From positions 1,939 through 65,938 of the forward strand of contig JBAQTF010000012.1 of NCBI GenBank assembly GCA_049296855.1: DNA of 64,000 bases. The letters run 5' to 3'. Positions 29,354 to 38,572 of the stretch are shown piece after piece. Each line of letters opens with the position of its first letter. The first letter of the stretch is position 1. The notes under the pieces are model-generated. The model made no database searches and was not told where the DNA came from. It saw only the letters and a program-made list of their open reading frames with translations. Source of the stretch: Minisyncoccia bacterium (GTDB lineage Bacteria; Patescibacteriota; Minisyncoccia; Phycocordibacterales; DATDWN01). A program made the translations under genes and the position numbers.

Positions 29354-30076
29354 TTAATTTTGAGAACTATTATAGACTTTCATTTTATTAAGGTGTTTTA
29401 CTTTCTCAAACAACAGTAGTAGTGCGATGATTCCAATCCATACTGCTCCGAATACAAAGAAAATATTTCCCTCGGCACGGTTAATTATAAATAAATTGAA
29501 CGAAGTATGCAATACTATAGCAATGATAAGTCCGGATAGTATGTACAGTCTTCTTTCGGCGAGTGGTTTGTAAAAGGAAAGTCCCATACATATACCGATA
29601 GTTGCTGATGATATGGTATGTAGTAAACTAGCTCCTATAAATCGTAGATTACTGCTGATGATTGTTTCAAATATGTTTCCGTTGTGTATTGAGGGTATGA
29701 GAAATAGAGCATTTTCCAAAGTTACGAATCCTAACGCAGAGACTATAAGGTATATTATATCGTCTACAGGTTCGTTCGTTACCTTGTTTTTTAAGGCAAT
29801 AAAGTAAACAAAGACGAATTTTGACACTTCTTCAATAGTTGCCCATAGGGTAAAAGACAGTACTTCTTGGTTTTTTATGTAATGGTAAACGAGTTCCTGA
29901 AGTTTTAATGAAACAAGTACAGCCAACATCCCACCTAGGAAAGATAGAGTGAGCATTTTTGCAGGTTCAGGGTGAGAATCTTCTTTTAACCAAAACCACA
30001 TCCAGACAAGAGCTGGTATAAGACCAAGAAGAAAGGCAAGAATAAATGGATATTCTTCTAAAAATGTTAAGAACAT
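29354..30076 (-). CDS. PrsW-family intramembrane metalloprotease
   Basis: Polytopic membrane protein with the EEVSKF (EExxK) and LLHTISSA (FxxxH-type) motifs. Confidence 0.65.
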   Translation of the reverse strand: MFLTFLEEYPFILAFLLGLIPALVWMWFWLKEDSHPEPAKMLTLSFLGGMLAVLVSLKLQELVYHYIKNQEVLSFTLWATIEEVSKFVFVYFIALKNKVTNEPVDDIIYLIVSALGFVTLENALFLIPSIHNGNIFETIISSNLRFIGASLLHTISSATIGICMGLSFYKPLAERRLYILSGLIIAIVLHTSFNLFIINRAEGNIFFVFGAVWIGIIALLLLFEKVKHLNKMKVYNSSQN

Positions 30077-30093
30077 ATGTTACTCTTATTTTA

Positions 30094-32232
30094 TCACGGT
30101 TTCGGCCACTTTGTTACCATGAGGAACTCAGGTGAATCTTTGTTGGAGATATTTGACCAAATTTCTTCTGTTATGAAAGGCATAAATGGGTGGAGTAGCT
30201 TCAGGCAAGTTTCCAGTATATGATTTAAGGTATATTGTGCTGATTTGACTGTATTCTCATCACTGCTTTTTAGTTTTTCTTTCGATTCTTCTATTATTTT
30301 GTCAGCAAAAGTGTGCCAGACATAGTGATAAATCTTCTCGGCAGCTAAGTAGAATCTATAACTATCCATATCTTTTGTAATATCTGTCGTAAGTTCATTA
30401 AGATTGGAGATACTGACTGAATCAATTTCTGTCAGCTTATCTGGTTTCTGCCTATCCCAGTTTTCTGAGACAGATAAAACAAATCGAGTAATGTTCCAGA
30501 TTTTATTCGCAAAAAGCTTATAGGCTTTTATCCTATCTTCTGATAAAGCCAGGGAAGTACCAGGTGTGTTTCCTATCACTAAACCCATCCTAAAAGCATC
30601 AGTACCAAATTTTTCAGTTAGCACCATTGGATCAATTACATTTCCTTTACTTTTACTCATTTTCAATCCTTTTTTATCCAAGACGAGTCCATGGAGGTAT
30701 ACTGCTTTAAAAGGAATCTCTCCAGTCATATATACACCTAACATAATCATCCTTGTGACCCAAAAAAATATGATCTCTCCTGCAGTCTCCATGATGTCGG
30801 TTGGGTAGAATGTTTTGAAATCTTTTGAATCAGGATATCCCAACGTCGCAAACGGCCACTGACTGGATGAAAACCATGTGTCAAAAGTATCTTGGTCTTG
30901 AACGACACCACTTCCACATTTTTCGCATTTTGATATTTTGTCCTCCAAATCAACCATGCCGTGACCACATTTAGTACAAATTTTGGCTGGAATTGGTATT
31001 CCCCAAACGATTTGTCTAGATATATTCCAGTCCATTATGTTTTGTAACCAATGCATGGTTATTTTTTTGTAATGTTCAGGTATGTATTTTACTTCATCAT
31101 TCTCTATTTTTTCTAAAGCTTTTAGAGCCAGAGGTTTCATTTTAACAAACCACTGGTTTCTTATTTGAGGTTCTATTATAGTCCCACATTTATAGCATGT
31201 ACGAACAATATGTTTATAATTTTCATCAACTTTTTCGACTAAACCTTTACTTCGGAGTTTTTCTATTATCAGAGGTCTAGCTTTTTTCCAATATTGACCA
31301 GCAAATTCTCCGGCAATTGGCAGAAGTTTTCCATTGTCATCAATAATCTGCTCTTTATCTAGGTTGTGCCTCTCTGCTATTTCAAAGTCAGTAGTATCAT
31401 GCCATGGAGTAATAGTCATTACTCCAGTACCAAATTCCATATCAATCGCTTTGTCCTTTATAATGGTCGCCTCAATCGGTCCATTTATCCATTCAAGTTT
31501 TATTTTCTGGCCATCTTTATAGTCAATATATCTTTTATCGTCTGGATGCATCACTACATACTTGTCACCAAATTTTGTTTCTGGTCTGGAAGTGGCGATA
31601 ATGAATGGTCCGTACTTTAAATAATAAAAACTATCAATTTTTTCTTCATCCTCAATTTCAAGGTCTGAGAAAGAAGTTTGGTGTTTTGTACACCAACTAA
31701 CGATTCTATTTCCTCTGTATATCAATTTATCATCAGATAGTTTTTTGAATGTTTGATATACAGTTTCCACGATATTTGAGTCCAGAGTAAATTTTTCACG
31801 AGACCAATCACAGGATGCCCCCATTTTTCTTATTTGTGATTTTATATTTAAAGAATTATTCAAGGTGAAATCAAAAATTTCTTTATATAGTTGTTTTGGT
31901 TCAATTTCAAACCTTGTCCGACCTTCCTTTTCTAGTTTTTTTTCATAAACAACTTGAGTTTCAAATCCAGCATGATCTAATCCAGGAAGCCATAAAGTTT
32001 TGAATCCCTGCATTCTTTTATAGCGAATCATAATGTCTTCAATAGTCATGACTAGACCGTGTCCGGCGTGTAGGGAACCGTTAGCATTAGTTGGGGGCAT
32101 GATTAATGTAAATGGTATTGCATTTGGGTCAGTATTTTTATCAGGATTAAAAAAACCACTTTCTTCCCAAAGTTTATAGATCTTATCTTCGGTTTCTAAA
32201 GGTTTATATGGGGACAAGAATATCTCTTTCAT
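30094..32232 (-). CDS. valS: Valine--tRNA ligase (compact form)
   Basis: Class I synthetase motifs PPTNANGSLHAGHG and KMSKSKGN. DTFDTWFSSSQWPFATLGYPD is typical of ValRS. Confidence 0.8.
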   Translation of the reverse strand: MKEIFLSPYKPLETEDKIYKLWEESGFFNPDKNTDPNAIPFTLIMPPTNANGSLHAGHGLVMTIEDIMIRYKRMQGFKTLWLPGLDHAGFETQVVYEKKLEKEGRTRFEIEPKQLYKEIFDFTLNNSLNIKSQIRKMGASCDWSREKFTLDSNIVETVYQTFKKLSDDKLIYRGNRIVSWCTKHQTSFSDLEIEDEEKIDSFYYLKYGPFIIATSRPETKFGDKYVVMHPDDKRYIDYKDGQKIKLEWINGPIEATIIKDKAIDMEFGTGVMTITPWHDTTDFEIAERHNLDKEQIIDDNGKLLPIAGEFAGQYWKKARPLIIEKLRSKGLVEKVDENYKHIVRTCYKCGTIIEPQIRNQWFVKMKPLALKALEKIENDEVKYIPEHYKKITMHWLQNIMDWNISRQIVWGIPIPAKICTKCGHGMVDLEDKISKCEKCGSGVVQDQDTFDTWFSSSQWPFATLGYPDSKDFKTFYPTDIMETAGEIIFFWVTRMIMLGVYMTGEIPFKAVYLHGLVLDKKGLKMSKSKGNVIDPMVLTEKFGTDAFRMGLVIGNTPGTSLALSEDRIKAYKLFANKIWNITRFVLSVSENWDRQKPDKLTEIDSVSISNLNELTTDITKDMDSYRFYLAAEKIYHYVWHTFADKIIEESKEKLKSSDENTVKSAQYTLNHILETCLKLLHPFMPFITEEIWSNISNKDSPEFLMVTKWPKP

Positions 32233-32481
32233 TTGTACAGATTATCATATTATAGCTATAAACGGTAGATAATCAGTATTAAGTGTAATTAGTAGTTAAT
32301 TTAGCGGGATCTCTTGTCTCTTATAGCGTGTGGTAGGTGTCCTTTATATGTAAATTATAAACTACTTTGGGTTTTGAAGGTATATTAGAATATAAAAGAC
32401 ATAAATTTAATTATAAAGGACATTAGTACTGAAATTGGCCTAAAATAAGGTTTGTTTAAATTTGTTACTAATTAAAGTATA

Positions 32482-32510
32482 TTGACAACATATGAAAGAG
32501 GGAGTATACA
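32482..32510 (+). promoter_or_regulatory. Sigma70-type promoter TTGACA-N17-TATACA for the surface-protein gene
   Basis: Read directly from the sequence. It overlaps the first ATG at 32492, which argues for the downstream start at 32534. Confidence 0.5.
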
Positions 32511-32533
32511 TTTGTCTAATTGTGAACAGAATC

Positions 32534-34807
32534 ATGAATAAAAAATCTCATTTCTCGTTTTTAAATATAATAGGAAAAACAGCAGTTTTTGTCTTAATTT
32601 TCCTCTACATTTTTAATGTTACAGTTGTCTTTGCTAACGGAGATTCTCATTCTGAGAGAGTTCACGATGAATCTTCATATGAGAGTGAACCAAATCATGA
32701 TAATCATGATGAACACTCAAATCCATGCGGTGGGGAAGAAAATGGTCACACAAATACAGCGCCTGTCATAACTCTTTTAGGAAGTAATCCTGTAACAATA
32801 ACTGTCGGAGCTATCTACACTGATCTAGGTGCAACAGCACAAGATACTGAAGATGGAGATATTACGGCAAACATTACTGCGACTAGTACAGTCAACACTA
32901 TGATTGTTGGGATTTACTCGATAACTTACAATGTTACTGATTCAGGAAATCTTTCTGCAACACCAGTTGTAAGAACAGTAAATGTGATTTTATCCATTCC
33001 TAGTATTAACAATCCTCCAGTCATAACTTTGGTTGGGAGTACTCCTATGATTTTTAATATCGGAGCTTCTTTTATTGATCCAGGGGCAACAGCTATAGAT
33101 ATTGAAGATGGAAATATTACGGCAAACATAACTTCAACGAGTACGGTTAATACACTTGCCGTTGGTACTTATTCAATCGAGTACGGTGTTACAGATTCAG
33201 GAGGTCTTAGAGCTACAACGACAAGAGCAGTGATTGTCAACCCTATTCCAGAATGTGCCTTTCCACAAATAAACTCTTTTTTGGCTACAAGTACGACAGT
33301 TGGACAAACATTTAGTTATACACTCACTGCGACGACTAGTTTTGCAACGACAACCTCAATCGTTTTCAATGTTGCGACAACTAGTCTTCCATCCGGACTT
33401 TCCTTTTCTACAACAACTAATGTAATAACCGGCACCTCAACACAAGTTGGAGTTTTCAATATCAACATAACAGTTACTAACAGCTGTGGTCAAGACTCAA
33501 GGACATTTGTTCTAACAGTTAACGATGTTGTTCCAGATGGTGATGGAGGAAATGGTGGTGGAAATCCTTCTCCAAGTTCTAATATTGCCGTTACGAAAAC
33601 TGTAGATAAACCTACAGCAAGTGTAGGGGATACTGTTACATACAGTATTTCTGTAGTTAATAATGGTCCAGATAATGCCACCGGGGTATCTATAAAGGAC
33701 ATTTTACCAAACAGTTTGGATTTTGTTTCAGCATCTTCCTCGATTGGAACATATAGTACAACAACTAGTACTTGGACTGTTGGTGATTTAGCCAATGGAT
33801 CATCAACAGCGTTGATACTCGTATCGACTATACACGCAGGTTTTGAAGGACAAAAAATAACTAACACTGCAACTGCATCTTCGACACAATCAGACACTGA
33901 CTCATCTAACAACATTACAAATGCAGATGTTAATGTTAACCCTGTAATTTCTACAGCTTGTACTTCAAACTGTGGGGGAGGATCATCTGGAGGAAATGGT
34001 GGTGGAGGAGGCGGAGGAGGCAACGGACCAATCGTTGGTTCATATGGAATTGTAAATAGTTCTAACGGAAGCGGTTCACAAATAGGGGCTTCTACTGTAA
34101 AAGGTTGTTACTATTTATTTGATTATCTTCGTGCTGATTTTAAAAACAATCCTATTGAAGTAACAAAGCTACAAGTTTTCTTACGAGACTTGGAAGGTTT
34201 CAAGGACATAAAAATTACTGGAGTGTATGACGAACAAACTATTGTTGCAGTGGATGCTTTTCAGGCGAGATATGCCTCTGATATTTTGACTCCATGGGGT
34301 CATGATAAACCTACTGGTTACACATATATTCTTACAAAGAAAAAAGTAAACGAAATATATTGCAAGACTGCTTTCCCCATAACACCTCTACAGCAAACGG
34401 AAATAGATAACTATAGAGATTTCTTACTTGGACTAAAAGACGCTGGTATTGTTCTTCCTAAAACAAACAGTCAAGAAATTGATAAAACTAATTCTACAGG
34501 ACCAGTTCCGGTTGAGCTAACTCCCGAGATTCCAAATAGTGTAGTAGGTAAAAAATCGACGACAAATACTGAACAGGGAACTCTTTCTAGTATTTCAACC
34601 ACAACTAAAAATATTATATCTAATTTTACTGCAAATGTGATTGGAGCAGGAAAGAACATTGCAGGTTTTTATAGTAACACAGGACTTACAGGTTGGATTA
34701 ATCTCCTTCTTATCGCTACTACTTTAGTTGTTACTTATCTTTGGTATCGAGAGAGGAGAAGAAATAAGAAATTAGAAATTATTAATAAAGAAATTGATTT
34801 AAGTTAA
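32534..34807 (+). CDS. Cell-surface protein: signal/TM segment, two tandem Ig-like (DUF5011-type) repeats, DUF11-type domain, Gly-rich linker, C-terminal TM anchor
   Basis: Two roughly 90-aa tandem repeats begin (N)APVITLLGSNPVTITVGA...DGDITANITATSTVNT and (N)PPVITLVGSTPMIFNIGA...DGNITANITSTSTVNT. DUF11-like TKTVDKPTASVGDTVTYSISVVNNGPDNATGV. C-terminal hydrophobic helix followed by RERRRNKK. Confidence 0.65.
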   Translation: MNKKSHFSFLNIIGKTAVFVLIFLYIFNVTVVFANGDSHSERVHDESSYESEPNHDNHDEHSNPCGGEENGHTNTAPVITLLGSNPVTITVGAIYTDLGATAQDTEDGDITANITATSTVNTMIVGIYSITYNVTDSGNLSATPVVRTVNVILSIPSINNPPVITLVGSTPMIFNIGASFIDPGATAIDIEDGNITANITSTSTVNTLAVGTYSIEYGVTDSGGLRATTTRAVIVNPIPECAFPQINSFLATSTTVGQTFSYTLTATTSFATTTSIVFNVATTSLPSGLSFSTTTNVITGTSTQVGVFNINITVTNSCGQDSRTFVLTVNDVVPDGDGGNGGGNPSPSSNIAVTKTVDKPTASVGDTVTYSISVVNNGPDNATGVSIKDILPNSLDFVSASSSIGTYSTTTSTWTVGDLANGSSTALILVSTIHAGFEGQKITNTATASSTQSDTDSSNNITNADVNVNPVISTACTSNCGGGSSGGNGGGGGGGGNGPIVGSYGIVNSSNGSGSQIGASTVKGCYYLFDYLRADFKNNPIEVTKLQVFLRDLEGFKDIKITGVYDEQTIVAVDAFQARYASDILTPWGHDKPTGYTYILTKKKVNEIYCKTAFPITPLQQTEIDNYRDFLLGLKDAGIVLPKTNSQEIDKTNSTGPVPVELTPEIPNSVVGKKSTTNTEQGTLSSISTTTKNIISNFTANVIGAGKNIAGFYSNTGLTGWINLLLIATTLVVTYLWYRERRRNKKLEIINKEIDLS

Positions 34808-34880
34808 AAAAGAAAGAACCAACGTTATGTTAGTTCTTTCTTTTTTTGTACTTCCTTTACTATTCTACAACACTTCAGCT

Positions 34881-36080
34881 TTATTTCAACGTTGCTATCC
34901 CCAGTTTTATGTTTCCTTTCGCTATTATCTGCTTTTTTAGAGAAAGTAGCTCTGGATATAGGTTAATATTGAGATAAGTAGCACAAGCTATCATCAGAGC
35001 GTTGTCAGTGGAGAGTTCTTTTGTCGGTATTTTTACCACTAAACCATTATATTTATTTTCGAGCTTCATAAATATCTCTCGGATTTTTTTATTTGCAATG
35101 ACTCCTCCTGCGACTATTAAAGTTTTTGCGCTAGAATTGTTTAAAGCCAACTCCATTTTATTTAACAGGACTTCAACTACAGCATCTTCGAACTCTCTTG
35201 CGATATCAGATTTGTCTGTGACTGATAACACTCCATTTTTTTCTACAAAGTTATCTCGTATGTAGTACAGTACTGCAGTTTTTAGTCCAGAAAATGAAAA
35301 GTTTAGATTGTTGGAATAAATCATTGGTCGTGGTAGTTTTGCTACAGGAACCAGTTTTTCTATCCGTGCTTTTTCCGCTAACTTAGAAACCTCTGGTCCA
35401 CCAGGGTAGGGGAGCTCTAACATTCGAGCCACTTTATCAAACGCTTCTCCCACAGCATCATCCAAAGTTTCTCCTATAACGGAGTATTTACCCCAACTTT
35501 CTATCTCTACTATTTCTGTGTGACCACCAGATATAAGTAATGCTAGAGCGGGGAATTTTACTTTTCGGTTGTCTGAGTTTTCAATTAGTATCGAAGCAAT
35601 GTGTCCTTCCATATGGTTTGTGCCGATGACAGGAATGTTCCAAAGTTTTCCAAGAGCCTCTGCAAAACTTATTCCGACCCACAAAGCTGGTTCTAATCCC
35701 GGACCAGAAGTAACAGCAATAACATCAATATCGGGTTTCTCTATATTTTCAAATATTTTTCTAAAACCCAAGTACAAACCTTCTTCTCGTTCTAATATTT
35801 TTTCTAGTTCACTCCATATTTTTTCAGAGTGTTTAGTTTTTGATTCATTAAAAAGTGATGCATCAGTCAGAGCCTTTTTCAAAATAGGTGAAAGGTTTTT
35901 TGCATGTTCACGTTTAGCCAGCATGGGGAAAACCCCACCGTATTCTTTGTGTATGGCTATTTGTGAAAATAGTGCATTTCCTAGTACAATAAAAGTTGGA
36001 TTTTCCGATCCTCCAGTAGCTTCCACAATACTCACTGCTGTCTCATCACAAGATGTTTCTATACTTAAAATTTTCATCAT
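34881..36080 (-). CDS. tsaD: tRNA N6-adenosine threonylcarbamoyltransferase TsaD (Kae1/YgjD family) with internal insertion
   Basis: MKILSIETSCDETAVSIV...GTNHMEGHI...LISGGHTE motifs. At 399 aa it is about 45 aa longer than typical TsaD because of an insertion after residue 60. Confidence 0.8.
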   Translation of the reverse strand: MMKILSIETSCDETAVSIVEATGGSENPTFIVLGNALFSQIAIHKEYGGVFPMLAKREHAKNLSPILKKALTDASLFNESKTKHSEKIWSELEKILEREEGLYLGFRKIFENIEKPDIDVIAVTSGPGLEPALWVGISFAEALGKLWNIPVIGTNHMEGHIASILIENSDNRKVKFPALALLISGGHTEIVEIESWGKYSVIGETLDDAVGEAFDKVARMLELPYPGGPEVSKLAEKARIEKLVPVAKLPRPMIYSNNLNFSFSGLKTAVLYYIRDNFVEKNGVLSVTDKSDIAREFEDAVVEVLLNKMELALNNSSAKTLIVAGGVIANKKIREIFMKLENKYNGLVVKIPTKELSTDNALMIACATYLNINLYPELLSLKKQIIAKGNIKLGIATLK

Positions 36081-36081
36081 G

Positions 36082-36154
36082 TGCGCGATAGAGGGCTCGA
36101 ACCTCTGACCTTCTCAACGTCAATGAGACGCTCTACCAACTGAGCTAACCGCGC
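36082..36154 (-). tRNA. tRNA-Val (anticodon GAC)
   Basis: The reverse complement folds as a cloverleaf. Acceptor stem GCGCGGT/ATCGCGC, anticodon loop TT-GAC-GT, T-loop GGTTCGAGC. It lies immediately upstream of tsaD. Confidence 0.8.
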
Positions 36155-36226
36155 AATATTTAACTTCATAAAACTAACATATTTTTGCTTTTTAGACAAA
36201 AAATGCTATAGTTTTCTTGTTAATTT

Positions 36227-36298
36227 GGCCCTATCGTCTAACGGTTAGGACACGGCCTTTTCAAGGCTTAAATCCGGGTTCGATTCCCGGTAGGGTCA
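36227..36298 (+). tRNA. tRNA-Glu (anticodon TTC)
   Basis: Acceptor stem GGCCCTA/TAGGGTC, anticodon loop TT-TTC-AA, T-arm CCGGGTTCGATTCCCGG. Confidence 0.8.
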
Positions 36299-36312
36299 CA
36301 ATTTGAAACTGA

Positions 36313-36660
36313 ATGAGAAAATTAACCAATTCATTTTTATCTGCGTTTCAAGGTCTTCTTACTACGTGGAAAGAAGAGAGAAACTTTCGTATCGAAATTA
36401 TCGCTTCTATTTTTGTTACTGTGTGTGTGATTTATTATGAATTTTCTTTTGTTGAGTCAGTTTTTTGCGTCATCGCGATTACTTTTGTCCTTTGTGCAGA
36501 AATAATAAATACAGCTATTGAAGATTTATGTAATAAAATCGAATCAAATCACGATCCAATGATAGGAAAGATAAAAGATATTTCAAGTGCTTTTGTTTTA
36601 GTCAGTGCAAGTGGTGCTTTGATTGTGGGTTTACTAGTTTTTTATAATCATTTTTTCTAA
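36313..36660 (+). CDS. Diacylglycerol kinase (DgkA) family protein / undecaprenol kinase-like
   Basis: Small three-TM protein with EIINTAIEDLCNKI...KDISSAFVLVSASGALIVG DgkA motifs. Confidence 0.65.
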   Translation: MRKLTNSFLSAFQGLLTTWKEERNFRIEIIASIFVTVCVIYYEFSFVESVFCVIAITFVLCAEIINTAIEDLCNKIESNHDPMIGKIKDISSAFVLVSASGALIVGLLVFYNHFF

Positions 36661-36666
36661 TTTTAA

Positions 36667-37368
36667 ATGAAGTATTCGGAAGTTATTTTGGCAATGCAGA
36701 AAAAGTCGAGTCCAAAAAAAGCCAAAGCTTCTGCATGGTTTTTTAAAACAGGTAAGGGGCAATATGGTGAAGGTGATATTTTTATTGGTCTGACCGTTCC
36801 AGAACAAAGAATTATTGCAAAAAAATTCAGTGATTTACCTGTAAACGAAATAGAGAAACTTTTAAAGTCAAAAATCCACGAGCATAGATTTACAGCTCTG
36901 ATTATTCTCGATTTACTTTATCAAAAAAGCGATAAAAAGATTCGGTCAAAAATTGTCGATTTTTATCTATCTCATACAAAATATATAAATAACTGGGACT
37001 TAGTTGACACTTCCGCTAGTTATATATTAGGAGAACATTTATTCAAGAAAAAAAGAGAAATCTTGTATAAGTTAGCAAGATCAAAAAATTTGTGGGAGAG
37101 AAGAATCGCTATTATTTCCACAGGTTATTTTATATCCAAAAATGATTTCAAAGACACGATAGAGATTTCGAAGTTATTGCTCTCCGACAAACAGGACTTG
37201 ATTCACAAAGCTGTTGGCTGGATGCTTCGTGAAGTGGGGAAGAGAGATGAAAAAGTTCTGGTAAAATTTCTCGACAATTTTATAAAGAAGATGTCACGAA
37301 CTACTTTGCGCTATGCAATAGAAAGATTTCCCAAAAAGAAAAGATTATATTATTTAAATATTAAATAA
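36667..37368 (+). CDS. DNA alkylation repair protein (AlkD-like HEAT-repeat glycosylase family)
   Basis: ASAWFFKTGKGQYGEGDIFIGLTVPEQR...NNWDLVDTSA...LWERRIAI...AVGWMLREVGKRD pattern. Confidence 0.65.
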   Translation: MKYSEVILAMQKKSSPKKAKASAWFFKTGKGQYGEGDIFIGLTVPEQRIIAKKFSDLPVNEIEKLLKSKIHEHRFTALIILDLLYQKSDKKIRSKIVDFYLSHTKYINNWDLVDTSASYILGEHLFKKKREILYKLARSKNLWERRIAIISTGYFISKNDFKDTIEISKLLLSDKQDLIHKAVGWMLREVGKRDEKVLVKFLDNFIKKMSRTTLRYAIERFPKKKRLYYLNIK

Positions 37369-37376
37369 TATAAAAA

Positions 37377-37414
37377 GGGCTGGGTACGTTGTTTGGAAAC
37401 GTACGAACCAGCCC
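37377..37414 (-). terminator. Hairpin terminator at the 3' end of GC-island 2 (minus-strand orientation)
   Basis: GGGCTGGGTACGT...ACGTACGAACCAGCCC stem (7+6 bp), followed on the minus strand by TTTTT. Confidence 0.6.
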
Positions 37415-37434
37415 TTGTGGTGGACGACGCTCGG

Positions 37435-37656
37435 TCATGACGCCTTCCTCTCCTGCGTTTTGTGACGAATGATGAGGCGCGCAACCTCAGTCACCATTTC
37501 TGACTTCTCGGGTTCTTTGATGAACCCCGCGGATTCGACCGCTGCATTCAAGATCTTGTTGTATCTTGGAGCAAAGAGTCGACCCTCAGTGGTCAGGACT
37601 TTTTCACATTCCCTGATCACTTTCAAAGCGATTTCACCAGCGTTCAAAATAATCAC
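37435..37656 (-). CDS. Small hypothetical protein (about 70 aa) in GC-island 2
   Basis: GC-rich ORF with an AGGAGGTG Shine-Dalgarno sequence. The track start at 37656 is a GTG that overlaps that sequence. A TTG at 37647 gives 8-nt spacing. No family recognised. Confidence 0.45.
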   Translation of the reverse strand: MIILNAGEIALKVIRECEKVLTTEGRLFAPRYNKILNAAVESAGFIKEPEKSEMVTEVARLIIRHKTQERKAS

Positions 37657-37720
37657 CTCCTTTTACTCTGGCTAGAGTTTACCATTCTAAATTTTTTTGT
37701 AAAGAGCTTATAAAAAGGAA

Positions 37721-37743
37721 GGCTCGTCGTATTACGACGAGCC
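37721..37743 (-). terminator. Perfect 10-bp hairpin between the two island-2 genes (possible internal terminator/attenuator)
   Basis: GGCTCGTCGT-ATT-ACGACGAGCC, followed on the minus strand by TTCCTTTTTAT. A second small hairpin CCTAGC-GATG-GCTAGG is adjacent. Confidence 0.5.
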
Positions 37744-37759
37744 TTTGACCTAGCGATGG

Positions 37760-37966
37760 CTAGGTAACTTCTTGTTCAGGGCCCTTGCGAGAAGCATTTC
37801 TCCTCGCGTTTGCTGCCCGAGAGAGGGTTGACATCGCCTGGTATACGTTTTCGTTTCTCCCAGCGTATCTCTTTACTACCTCGAGCATGAGGTTCCTATA
37901 GTCTCTGTCTGGGTACCTTTGACGCAAGTCTCGGAGCTCGTTCAACATCCGGTCTGTAATGACCAT
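37760..37966 (-). CDS. Small hypothetical protein (68 aa) in GC-island 2
   Basis: ATG start preceded by AAGGAGGG at 6-nt spacing. GC-rich. No family recognised. Arg-rich C-terminus. Confidence 0.5.
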   Translation of the reverse strand: MVITDRMLNELRDLRQRYPDRDYRNLMLEVVKRYAGRNENVYQAMSTLSRAANARRNASRKGPEQEVT

Positions 37967-37991
37967 AGCGGAGCCCTCCTTCTAGGGAATA

Positions 37992-38021
37992 ATTATACTA
38001 CATTAACAGGGCTTTTGTCAA
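37992..38021 (-). promoter_or_regulatory. Consensus sigma70 promoter TTGACA-N18-TATAAT driving the island-2 genes
   Basis: Minus-strand TTGACA at 38021-38016 and TATAAT at 37997-37992, about 25 nt upstream of the ribosome-binding site. Confidence 0.6.
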
Positions 38022-38056
38022 CTACTTAATCCACAGGCAATTCACATCTTATCCCA

Positions 38057-38512
38057 CTATTTCAATAGCTCATCAACTATACTTTTTACTATATCTCCAT
38101 CAGCTTTACCTTTCAGTTCCTTCATAAGTATGCCTATAAGCTGACCTGCTTTTGATTTGTCAGTTACTCCCAACTCTTCCATTTTTGCTTTTGCAATTTT
38201 CATTACTTCTCCGCGGGGCATCTGGGTTGGTAGGTAAGTTTCAAGTATCACAAGTTCAGTCCTTTCACTTTCAGCAAGTTCTGGTCGTCCACCTTTCGTA
38301 AATTGATCAATAGAATCTTTTCTTTGTTTTACCGCTCGTCGAATTACATTCAAAACTTCTTCATCAGTTAGTTCATCAGTCGGCATCTTTTTCATCGCCA
38401 CGAGTTCGTTTGTGAAGGCAGAAACGAGTCCTCGGACGACTCCAAGTTTTACAGCATCTTTTGCTTTCATAGCTTCCTTCATTTGATCTCTAATTTGTGT
38501 TTGTAGTGACAT
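38057..38512 (-). CDS. GatB/YqeY domain-containing protein
   Basis: Full-length YqeY-like pattern: MSLQTQIRDQMKEAMKAKD...LGVVRGLVSAF... Confidence 0.75.
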   Translation of the reverse strand: MSLQTQIRDQMKEAMKAKDAVKLGVVRGLVSAFTNELVAMKKMPTDELTDEEVLNVIRRAVKQRKDSIDQFTKGGRPELAESERTELVILETYLPTQMPRGEVMKIAKAKMEELGVTDKSKAGQLIGILMKELKGKADGDIVKSIVDELLK

Positions 38513-38572
38513 ATTTATTTTTGTTATTTTGCTATATTATCATGATTTTAAGATTTTTGGTAGAATGTTCAT

